A DNA stretch of 14,717 nt from Kofleriaceae bacterium (lineage in GTDB: Bacteria; Myxococcota_A; Polyangia; Haliangiales; Haliangiaceae), in assembly GCA_046597055.1 (NCBI GenBank), contig JBKJLC010000006.1, positions 1 through 14,717 on the forward strand, given 5' to 3'. This document shows positions 7,904-14,717 of this stretch, piece after piece (positions within the stretch are counted from its first letter, which is position 1; every line of letters begins with the position of its first letter). Both the position numbers and the translations under genes were made by a program. Below the pieces are notes generated by a model that was not told the DNA's origin, made no database searches, and saw only the letters and a list, made by a program, of their open reading frames with translations.

Positions 7904-7920
7904 CGTTGCGATTGGCAACG
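7904..7920. promoter_or_regulatory. Palindromic candidate activator/operator site CGTTGC-N5-GCAACG
   Basis: Perfect 6-bp inverted repeat centred on 7912, the midpoint of the divergent intergenic region 7802-8021. Confidence 0.45.
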
Positions 7921-7992
7921 CGTCGGGGCGGATTCCCCCGACCGCTGCCAGGACAAGCGCGCGAATCAATGAGGCGACCCACGCCACAGCCC

Positions 7993-8008
7993 TGGCATGT
8001 GACTTGAT
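7993..8008 (+). promoter_or_regulatory. Putative sigma54 -24/-12 promoter of amylase B
   Basis: TGGCATG-TGAC-TTGAT: a strong -24 match, with GA instead of GC at -12. Position 8007 is 15 nt from the ATG at 8022, and there is no clear SD. Confidence 0.5.
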
Positions 8009-8021
8009 AGACGCTGGCTCA

Positions 8022-9968
8022 ATGCGCGCCGCCCTTCGTTCGCTCCGGTCACTGTTGGCACTGTCGGGCTTCGCGCTGCTGCTCGCGCTGGCTGGCTGTC
8101 CCGGTACCCAGGGCACCGCCGGCGATGACACCGCCGGCGATGACGACGGCGACGCTGGCGCGGAGCCCGGCGCGGACGCCGCGCCCAACCCGGTCTGCGA
8201 GAACCCGGTCGCGGCGTGCAGCCAGACCTTCCGCTACACCGGCCCGGGCCAGCAGGTCGTGCTGCGCGGCGACTTCGCCGCCGACGGCTGGACCACCGGC
8301 GTGACGATGACCCGGGTCGGCACCGGCTGGGAGGCGACCGTGCCCGCCGCGGATCAGCAGGTGATCGTCTACAAGCTCGTCGTCGACGGGACCTGGCAGG
8401 CCGACCCGGGTAACCAGCGCCGCTCGCCGGATGGCTACGGCGGCGCCAACTCGGTGGTGCGGGTCGACTGCGATCAGTGCCCGCCGCCGACCCCGCTCGA
8501 CTGGCGCGACTCGGTCATGTACTTCGTGATGATCGATCGCTTCGCCAACGGCGATCCTGGCAACGACGGGCCGATCGGCGTCACCGCGCCGGCCGACTAC
8601 CAGGGCGGCGACCTGGCCGGGCTCCGCCAGAAGATCGAGAGCGGCTACTTCGACGCGCTCGGCGTGAACACGCTGTGGCTCACCTCGCCGCTCGACAACG
8701 CCGACCAGGCCGGCCTCGGCACCGACGGCTACGACTACTCCGGCTACCACGGCTACTGGCCGAAGGACCTGACCCGGGTCGAGTCGCGGGTCGGCACCGA
8801 GGCCGAGCTGAAGGCGGTGATCGACGCCGCCCACGCGCGCGGCCTGCGCGTGATCCTCGACTACGTCATGAACCACGTGCACAGCGAGAGCCCGACCTAC
8901 GGCGCGCACCCCGAGTGGTTCTGGCCCAACCGCAACGGTCGCGGCGGCGACTGCATCTGCGGCGGCGGCTGCAGCTGGGACGACGGCGTCGAGCGCAAGC
9001 AGTGCTGGTTCACGTCGTACCTGCCCGACTTCGACTTCCGCAACGGCGACGCCCGCCGGTGGTCGGTGGCCAACGCGATCGAGTGGGCCCAGCGGCTCGG
9101 CGCCGACGGCTACCGGCTCGACGCGGTCAAGCACATCGAGGACGCGTGGCTGACCGACCTGCGCGGCCGTCTCGACGGCGAGGTCGAGTGGGACCAGCGC
9201 TTCTACCTGGTCGGCGAGACCTACACCGGCGATCGCGACCTCATCAAGTACTACGTCAACCCGACCACGATGCTCGACGGCCAGTTCGACTTCCCGCTGC
9301 GCGCGCAGGTGCTCGAGAAGGTCCTGCGCCGCCAGGGCTCGATGGTCGACCTGGCCGCATTCGTCAGCGGCAACGACACCTTCTACGGCGCGGGCGCGGT
9401 GATGTCGACGTTCCTCGGCAACCACGACGTGCCGCGCTCGATCCACCTGGCCGAGGACGCGCCGCTGTTCGGCGACTGGGACGGTGGCCGCGAGCGGGCC
9501 TGGGCCAACCAGCCGCAGCTGCCGTCGGCGGCGAGCGCGTTCGAGCGGGTCGCGGTCGCGTACACGCTGCTGTACACGTCCCCCGGCGTGCCCCTCATCT
9601 ACTACGGCGACGAGTACGGCATGCCGGGCGCAGGCGACCCCGACAACCGCCGCTTCATGCAGTGGCAGGGCTACACGGCGCCGCAGACCGCCCTGCGCGA
9701 TCGCCTGGCCCGGCTCGGCGCGATCCGGGCCCAGCACGTCGCCCTGCGCCGCGGCACCCGCCGCATGCTGGCCAGCGCGACCCACACCATGACCTACGAG
9801 ATGAGCGCGGCCGGCGACACCGTCCTGGTCGCGCTCAACCGCGCCGACACCACCCAGCCCGCGACCGGCCTGCCCCCCGGCGACTACGAGGATCTGATGA
9901 CCGGCATGCAGGTGCGCGCACCGCTGTCGGTTCCGCCGCGCACGGGCATGGTCCTGGTCGCGCGCTGA
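8022..9968 (+). CDS. GH13 alpha-amylase family lipoprotein with N-terminal CBM48/AMPK-type glycogen-binding domain (amylase B)
   Basis: Lipobox LAGC and an acidic linker. CBM48-like segment FRYTG...VVLRGDF..DGW...W...YKLVVDGTWQADPGN...DGYGGANSV (about 8223-8465). GH13 regions DYVMNH, GYRLDAVKH, VGETY and FLGNHD, plus GVPLIYYGDE. Confidence 0.93.
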   Translation: MRAALRSLRSLLALSGFALLLALAGCPGTQGTAGDDTAGDDDGDAGAEPGADAAPNPVCENPVAACSQTFRYTGPGQQVVLRGDFAADGWTTGVTMTRVGTGWEATVPAADQQVIVYKLVVDGTWQADPGNQRRSPDGYGGANSVVRVDCDQCPPPTPLDWRDSVMYFVMIDRFANGDPGNDGPIGVTAPADYQGGDLAGLRQKIESGYFDALGVNTLWLTSPLDNADQAGLGTDGYDYSGYHGYWPKDLTRVESRVGTEAELKAVIDAAHARGLRVILDYVMNHVHSESPTYGAHPEWFWPNRNGRGGDCICGGGCSWDDGVERKQCWFTSYLPDFDFRNGDARRWSVANAIEWAQRLGADGYRLDAVKHIEDAWLTDLRGRLDGEVEWDQRFYLVGETYTGDRDLIKYYVNPTTMLDGQFDFPLRAQVLEKVLRRQGSMVDLAAFVSGNDTFYGAGAVMSTFLGNHDVPRSIHLAEDAPLFGDWDGGRERAWANQPQLPSAASAFERVAVAYTLLYTSPGVPLIYYGDEYGMPGAGDPDNRRFMQWQGYTAPQTALRDRLARLGAIRAQHVALRRGTRRMLASATHTMTYEMSAAGDTVLVALNRADTTQPATGLPPGDYEDLMTGMQVRAPLSVPPRTGMVLVAR

Positions 9969-9985
9969 GGCGCGTCGCGCCTCAG
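9965..9985. terminator. Perfect inverted repeat spanning two convergent stop codons; possible bidirectional hairpin
   Basis: CTGAGGCGCG-T-CGCGCCTCAG. It contains the amylase B TGA (9966-9968) and the katE stop (9982-9984). There is no U-tract. Confidence 0.35.
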
Positions 9986-12168
9986 GCCATCGGCACGCCG
10001 CCGCCGCCGGCCTTGGTCGTGCGCTCGAAGTGACGATGCTGCGCGATCGCCTGGACGAAGCCGGCGGCGAGCTCGGTGATGTCGCCCTCCTGGGTGGTGA
10101 CGATGCCCTGCTCGAACCGGACCGCCGCCGCCATGCTGCCGTCGTCGTCGGCCACGGTGAACCCGGGCAGCTCGCACGCGGCGAGCAGCGCCACCGCTTC
10201 GCCGCTGGCCGCCATCGGCTTGCAGTGATGGAACTGCTCCTGCAGGAATTCCTTCACGAACGGCTGGCGCAGCATCGCGGCGACGCTGGCCGCGCCCCCG
10301 GGGACGTAGACCGCGTCGTAGAGCACCGAGGCCGCGGTCAGGTGCGAGCGGTCGACCGCGACCGCCTCACCACCCGCGGCGGTCAGCGCGCCGAGCTTGC
10401 GCGAGATCACCTCGCAGGCCGCGCCCTGCTTGCGCAGCGCCGCCTTGACCTCCGCGAGGTGGGTGGCATCGACGCCCTGGTCGGCGAGGATCGCGATCCG
10501 GCGGCTGTAGATGGTGTCCTTCGTCGTGTTGGCCATGCTGAGCGCGGGCGACGCCGCCACGGCGTTCTTGCTCGCGGCGACCGGCTTGCCCGGCGCGGGC
10601 GCCGGCGGCACCTCGATCCCGAGGCCCTCGGCGATCTCGGCGGCGAACGCCGGATCAACCTGGGCGAACATCGCGACCACCCGCTCGCGGATCGTCGCGC
10701 GCTCGAGCTTGCCCAGCTCGAACTGGAAGGCCTCGACCAGGTGGCGGCGCTCGGGCTCCGACTGGCTGTTGAGGAACATCCGGGCCTGGGTGAAGTGGTC
10801 GCTGAACGTCTCGCTGCGCGTGCGCGCCTTCCCACCGGTGACCGGCTGGGCATGGTGGACGAAGCCGGTCTCGGCGCTGGCCAGGAACGGACAGCCACCG
10901 CCGACCGTGTTCGGGTGATAGTTGGCGCGGCCGGTCGGGATGGTCTGACGACCGAACCCGTCCTGCTGGTGGTTGTGGACCGGCGCGACCGGCCGGTTGA
11001 TCGGCAGCTCGTTGAAGTTGGGTCCGCCCAGCCGGGTCAGCTGGGTATCGAGGTACGAGAACAGCCGGGCCTGCATGAGCGGGTCGTTGGTGAAGTCGAT
11101 CCCAGGCACCACGTTGGCGACGCAGAACGCGACCTGCTCGGTCTCGGCGAAGAAGTTCTGCGGGTTGCGGTTGAGGGTCAGCTTGCCGACCTTGCGGACC
11201 GGCACCAGCTCCTCGGGCAGCAGCTTGGTCGGGTCGATCAGATCGAAGCCGAACGCGAGCTCGTCGGCCTCGTCGACGATCTGGACCCCGAGCTCCCACT
11301 CGGGGAACTGGCCGGCGTCGATCGCGTCCCACAGGTCGCGCCGGTGGAAGTCGCAGTCCTTGCCGGCGATCTTCTGGGCCTCGTCCCACACCAGCGAGTG
11401 GACGCCGAGCAGCGGCTTCCAGTGGAACTTCACCAGCCGCGCCTTGCCCGCGGCGTTGACCAGCTTGAAGGTGTGGACGCCGAAGCCCTCCATCATGCGG
11501 TAGCTGCGCGGGATGCCGCGATCGGACATCACCCACATCACCATGTGCGCGGTCTCGGGCTGGAGCGAGACGAAGTCCCAGAAGTTGTCGTGGGCCGAGC
11601 CACCCTGTGGCATCTCGTTGTGGGGCTCGGGCTTCACCGCGTGGACGACGTCAGGAAACTTGATGCCGTCCTGGATGAAGAAGACGGGCATGTTGTTGCC
11701 GACCAGGTCGAAGTTGCCCTGCGGCGTGTAGAACTTGACCGCGAAGCCGCGGGCGTCGCGGACGGTGTCGGCCGAGCCTTTGGAACCCTGGACCGTCGAG
11801 AACCGGACGAACACCGGGGTGGTCACGCCCGGATCCGCGAGGAAGCCGGCCTGGGTCAGATCCGACATCGACTCGTAGACCTGGAAGTAGCCGTGCGCGG
11901 CCGAGCCACGGGCATGGACCACGCGCTCCGGGATGCGCTCGTGATCGAAGCGCGTCATCTTCTCGCGGAAGTGGAAGTCTTCCAGCAGGGTCGGCCCCCG
12001 CTCGCCGGCCTTGAGCGAGTCGTCGGTGTTCGGGATCGGGATCCCTTGATCGGTGGTGAGGACCTGGTGCTCCGGGTACGCACGGAACGGCTCGAGGGCC
12101 TCGTTCTTGTTCAGGGTCTGCGGCGTCTGGCCGTGCTTGGTCTTCGGGTTCGTCGGAGGGTTCGCCAT
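9982..12168 (-). CDS. katE: Large-subunit monofunctional heme catalase (HPII / clade 2) with C-terminal DJ-1/GATase-like domain
   Basis: Distal His motif RFDHERIPERVVHARG, VRFSTVQGS, DLVGNNMPVFFIQD, proximal Tyr motif RLFSYLDTQ, and a C-terminal domain with SVLYDAVYVPGG...HHCKPMAA. ATG at 12168 gives 728 aa. Confidence 0.97.
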   Translation of the reverse strand: MANPPTNPKTKHGQTPQTLNKNEALEPFRAYPEHQVLTTDQGIPIPNTDDSLKAGERGPTLLEDFHFREKMTRFDHERIPERVVHARGSAAHGYFQVYESMSDLTQAGFLADPGVTTPVFVRFSTVQGSKGSADTVRDARGFAVKFYTPQGNFDLVGNNMPVFFIQDGIKFPDVVHAVKPEPHNEMPQGGSAHDNFWDFVSLQPETAHMVMWVMSDRGIPRSYRMMEGFGVHTFKLVNAAGKARLVKFHWKPLLGVHSLVWDEAQKIAGKDCDFHRRDLWDAIDAGQFPEWELGVQIVDEADELAFGFDLIDPTKLLPEELVPVRKVGKLTLNRNPQNFFAETEQVAFCVANVVPGIDFTNDPLMQARLFSYLDTQLTRLGGPNFNELPINRPVAPVHNHQQDGFGRQTIPTGRANYHPNTVGGGCPFLASAETGFVHHAQPVTGGKARTRSETFSDHFTQARMFLNSQSEPERRHLVEAFQFELGKLERATIRERVVAMFAQVDPAFAAEIAEGLGIEVPPAPAPGKPVAASKNAVAASPALSMANTTKDTIYSRRIAILADQGVDATHLAEVKAALRKQGAACEVISRKLGALTAAGGEAVAVDRSHLTAASVLYDAVYVPGGAASVAAMLRQPFVKEFLQEQFHHCKPMAASGEAVALLAACELPGFTVADDDGSMAAAVRFEQGIVTTQEGDITELAAGFVQAIAQHRHFERTTKAGGGGVPMA

Positions 12169-12183
12169 GGCGGCCGTTGCCAA

Positions 12184-12199
12184 TGCGAACCGCGTACCG
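12184..12199 (-). promoter_or_regulatory. Putative sigma54-like promoter of katE
   Basis: Minus strand CGGTACG-CGGT-TCGCA with GG-N10-GC. The -12 C at 12185 is 17 nt from the ATG at 12168, and there is no SD. Confidence 0.4.
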
Positions 12200-12347
12200 G
12201 TTCGATCTGCGTTCACGAGCGCCTCCGGACGGACAAAACGCCCGAAATCGACGCCCGCGTGAGCGCATCTGCGCGAACCCGGTGCGCGCCATTGCGCGAC
12301 CGTGCGACCGCGACACACATCGAGCCAGCGATTTCGCCGCTCGCGGC

Positions 12348-12382
12348 GGGTGCATCGCTTGCATCGCCCCGCCGCCAGGAGG
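12348..12382 (+). promoter_or_regulatory. Putative sigma54-like promoter and Shine-Dalgarno of the ferritin-like gene
   Basis: GGGTGCA-TCGC-TTGCA at 12348-12363 has a perfect -12 and a weak -24. AGGAGG at 12377-12382 lies 9 nt before the ATG at 12392. Confidence 0.45.
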
Positions 12383-12391
12383 CATCGACTC

Positions 12392-13024
12392 ATGGCGAAA
12401 CTGTCCGCAAAAACCAACCCGACGGCGGCCCAGGTCGGGCTCGAGAACCTGCTCTACCAGAACCTCGAGACCGAGCTTGGCGGCGTCGCCATCTACACCA
12501 ACGCGATCCGGCTCGCGATCAACCAGGAGCTGCGCGGGGAGTGGGAAAAGTACCTCGCCGAGACCGAGCGGCATGTCGAGGTCGCGCGCGGCCTGTTGAA
12601 GACCGCCGGGCTCGATCCCGACGCCGAGGTGCCGGCCCGCTTTCCGGTGCGCCTGATCGGCGAGACCCTGGTCCAGGCGATGATCAAGTCGACCGGCGCC
12701 GGCGATCCGGCGGCCGCGCAGATCACCGCCGCCGAGTGCGTGGTCCTCGCCGAGACCAAGGACCACTCGAACTGGGAGCTCATCGGCCTGCTCGGCAAGC
12801 AGCTGCCCGGCGAGCTGGGCGAGGCGCTCCTCAAGGCCTACGAGGAGGTCGAGGACCAAGAAGACCACCACGTCTATCACACGACCGGCTGGGCCCGCGA
12901 GTTGCGGGTCGAGAGCCTGGGCTTGCCCGCGGTGCTGCCGCCGCCCGAGGAGACCCAGAACGTCGAGAGCGCGGTCGCGGCCGCGCGCGCCAAGAAGGGC
13001 CGCGAGAAGCAGATCTCGTCGTGA
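12392..13024 (+). CDS. Ferritin-like four-helix-bundle protein (DUF892/YciF-like stress protein)
   Basis: 210 aa, helical, with a carboxylate/His ligand pattern: LETELGGVAIY, ETERH, LAETKDH, EDQEDHH. It has a strong SD and is divergent from catalase. Confidence 0.8.
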   Translation: MAKLSAKTNPTAAQVGLENLLYQNLETELGGVAIYTNAIRLAINQELRGEWEKYLAETERHVEVARGLLKTAGLDPDAEVPARFPVRLIGETLVQAMIKSTGAGDPAAAQITAAECVVLAETKDHSNWELIGLLGKQLPGELGEALLKAYEEVEDQEDHHVYHTTGWARELRVESLGLPAVLPPPEETQNVESAVAAARAKKGREKQISS

Positions 13025-13163
13025 CCGAGGGCTGACGATCACCCGGATGCTTGTCCTCGGTCGCGCCGCTGACGAGCCCGCGCTCGCCAGCGGCGCGATC
13101 GACCTTGCCGCAGCGCTACGCGGCCGGCTATGTAGTCACCCGCGCCGGGCCCGCGACCTGTAC

Positions 13164-13637
13164 TTACGACGGGTCGCCGTCGCTCCACTCGACGGCACCG
13201 CCCAGCCGGGCCGCGAGCGCCACGAGGAGGTCACCGTCGCGCGATATCACCTCGACGTAGGTGGCATCGAAGGCGCGCACCTCGACCAGCGCACTGCCGA
13301 GATCCGCATCGGGTGGGTCCTCCGTCCACAGCCCACCGTCGCGAAACCTCGGGGCCAGGTTGTCGTCATCCCGAAAGGCGGCGAACACGCCACTCAGGAA
13401 TTGATCCACCGTGCGCGCGATGCGCGCCAGTTCGACGCCATCTCCGAGTCGGACCGGGGTAGCGGTGGCCGGCCATACCGCATCGCCACCCACCGCCGAG
13501 ACGTCGCCCGCGTACCACACCAAAGCCGGTTGTCGCTCCGAAATCGCCTCGATCACCCGCGCGATGTGTGCGCCTAGGCAGACGACGTGGTCACCGAACG
13601 CAGCCTTATCGAACGCGAGGCGACGGATGCCGGTCAC
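13164..13637 (-). CDS. Candidate immunity protein for the upstream Rhs toxin
   Basis: 157-aa acidic globular protein. Its GTG start overlaps the Rhs TGA stop (GTGA at 13637-13634), the canonical toxin-immunity arrangement. Family not recognised. Confidence 0.7.
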   Translation of the reverse strand: MTGIRRLAFDKAAFGDHVVCLGAHIARVIEAISERQPALVWYAGDVSAVGGDAVWPATATPVRLGDGVELARIARTVDQFLSGVFAAFRDDDNLAPRFRDGGLWTEDPPDADLGSALVEVRAFDATYVEVISRDGDLLVALAARLGGAVEWSDGDPS

Positions 13638-14717
13638 GGAAGCTCTCCTGGCGCGGGGGGACGGGCGGGACCATGCTGCGGAGTTCCTCCAGTGGGATTC
13701 GGAACATAATCGTGCACGTGCGGGTCCGTATGCTTCGTCGGTCGTCCGTGATCTCCCCAGTCTACCTGCTTCACCGGCTTGCCATCCGCTCCAAACTCGC
13801 GCGTTTGGATGTACGGCCCCTTGCGGCCCTTTTTTCCGCCGATCTGCGTGTGCGGATACGGCGAAGATGGCGCCAAGTCGCCATGCTTGGTCTTGGGTAA
13901 AGGGATCGGCTCGCCTGTCTTGGTCTTGGGCACGTAAGTCGGCCTCACCGTGATCTTGGGAGCCGGCAGCTTGACCCCGCGCGTGCCCTTAGGGCCGGGA
14001 GCCAGCACCCCTGCCAGGAAGACAACGATCCCAAGTTCGGCATTGCCCTCCTTCAGGCCGTTCTTGCGGTCCGCGTAGTCCTTCATTGCTTCGCCTACGA
14101 TGGTGTGGTCAAGGACCGCGTAGCTCACGGCCATGCCGGCGTTCTTGCCCTTCGTCATGGCCCATCGCCCCAGATCGCGGTACCAGCTGAGCCCATCCGG
14201 GTCGTAATAGGTTAGAGGATTGTTATTCGAGAACAGGTACAGATTCCCCCGCTGCGGTTCTGTCTCCGCCAGCTCGGGAGAAGACAGGAACAGTGGATCT
14301 TCGCTGACCCACCGAAGTGTGACGGGGTCATATGAGCGGTAGCCGTAGTGGCGCAGGCCCGACACGGCGTCGTGCTCCTTGCCGTTGAAGAGCCGGCGGT
14401 GGCTGCCGGCGTCATAGCTGCCCACCACCTCGCCAAAGGCGCCATAGATGTGGGCCGAGGTCACGGTGGCGTGGTGCAACGAGAGCACCAGGTTCTGCAG
14501 CGTATCGGCGAACTGGAGCTCGACGCGCGTCTTGTTCTCGACCCGGGCGATGGGCTCGCCCGCCCCGATGTGGTGGTGGCGTCGCGCCTGGGCGCCCGCC
14601 GCGGTGTACAGCGTCTCGCTCTCGCCGAACCAGATCTTGAGGCCTTCGGGGCCGATGGACGCCATCCGCGACGGGCTGGACCCGAAGAAGTAGCGCTCGG
14701 TCCCGGCCGGCCCGGCG
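13634..14717 (-). CDS. Rhs repeat protein, 3' part (5' end outside window), with C-terminal polymorphic toxin domain, probably a nuclease
   Basis: Rhs-associated core YGAFGE...FNGKEHDAVSGLRHYGYRSYDP...RWVSEDP...NLYLFSNNNPLTYYDPDGL. The frame stays open from 14665 to the window edge (AGPAGTERYFFGSSPSR-M). A basic His-rich tip of 184 aa follows DPDGL. Confidence 0.92.
   Translation of the reverse strand, partial: AGPAGTERYFFGSSPSRMASIGPEGLKIWFGESETLYTAAGAQARRHHHIGAGEPIARVENKTRVELQFADTLQNLVLSLHHATVTSAHIYGAFGEVVGSYDAGSHRRLFNGKEHDAVSGLRHYGYRSYDPVTLRWVSEDPLFLSSPELAETEPQRGNLYLFSNNNPLTYYDPDGLSWYRDLGRWAMTKGKNAGMAVSYAVLDHTIVGEAMKDYADRKNGLKEGNAELGIVVFLAGVLAPGPKGTRGVKLPAPKITVRPTYVPKTKTGEPIPLPKTKHGDLAPSSPYPHTQIGGKKGRKGPYIQTREFGADGKPVKQVDWGDHGRPTKHTDPHVHDYVPNPTGGTPQHGPARPPAPGELP

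Noticed and set aside
7464..8188. Overlapping N-terminal extensions of the porin (to 8188) and amylase B (from 7464)
   Set aside because: Clean signal peptides begin at 7801 and 8022, so the extensions are open-frame run-ons across the promoter region.
3888..9785. Long antisense or alternative-frame ORFs (3888..6254, 6266..7447, 8049..9785, 8477..10033 and others)
   Set aside because: They are Arg/Ala/Gly-rich or codon-mirror translations overlapping well-supported genes.
10030..13035. 1001-aa plus-strand ORF overlapping katE and the ferritin-like gene
   Set aside because: Shadow frame. It is antisense to a clear catalase, has no motifs, and long stop-free frames are expected in such GC-rich coding DNA.
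13023..13062. Inverted repeat GACCGAGG...CCTCGGTC after the ferritin-like stop
   Set aside because: 8-bp arms with a 24-nt loop and no U-tract are too weak to call a terminator in GC-rich DNA.
13047..13953. Plus-strand ORFs 13047..13577, 13411..13953 and 13568..13900
   Set aside because: They are antisense to the coupled toxin-immunity pair and show no recognisable motifs.

Overview
Very GC-rich bacterial window. Codon bias, the many lipoproteins and the sigma54-like promoters suggest Myxococcota, which is an inference. From left to right: a (GAGAAG)15 polypurine repeat at the edge; a probable 49-aa membrane microprotein (-); an operon of proC, a DUF167/YggU protein and a kelch-like lipoprotein, followed by a DUF2809-like membrane protein (+); an eight-cysteine lipoprotein (-); an alpha-glucan utilisation locus with a LamB-type porin plus a GH13 lipoprotein (-) divergent from a second, CBM48-bearing GH13 lipoprotein (+); a large-subunit catalase katE (-) divergent from a ferritin-like gene (+); and the 3' end of an Rhs toxin with a coupled candidate immunity gene (-). 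The main non-obvious pattern is regulatory. Five sigma54-like -24/-12 elements are present, four only 14-17 nt upstream of a start codon, implying near-leaderless mRNAs. The porin/amylase pair is symmetric about a central palindrome that may be a shared enhancer. All calls come from reading motifs by eye; no searches were run.
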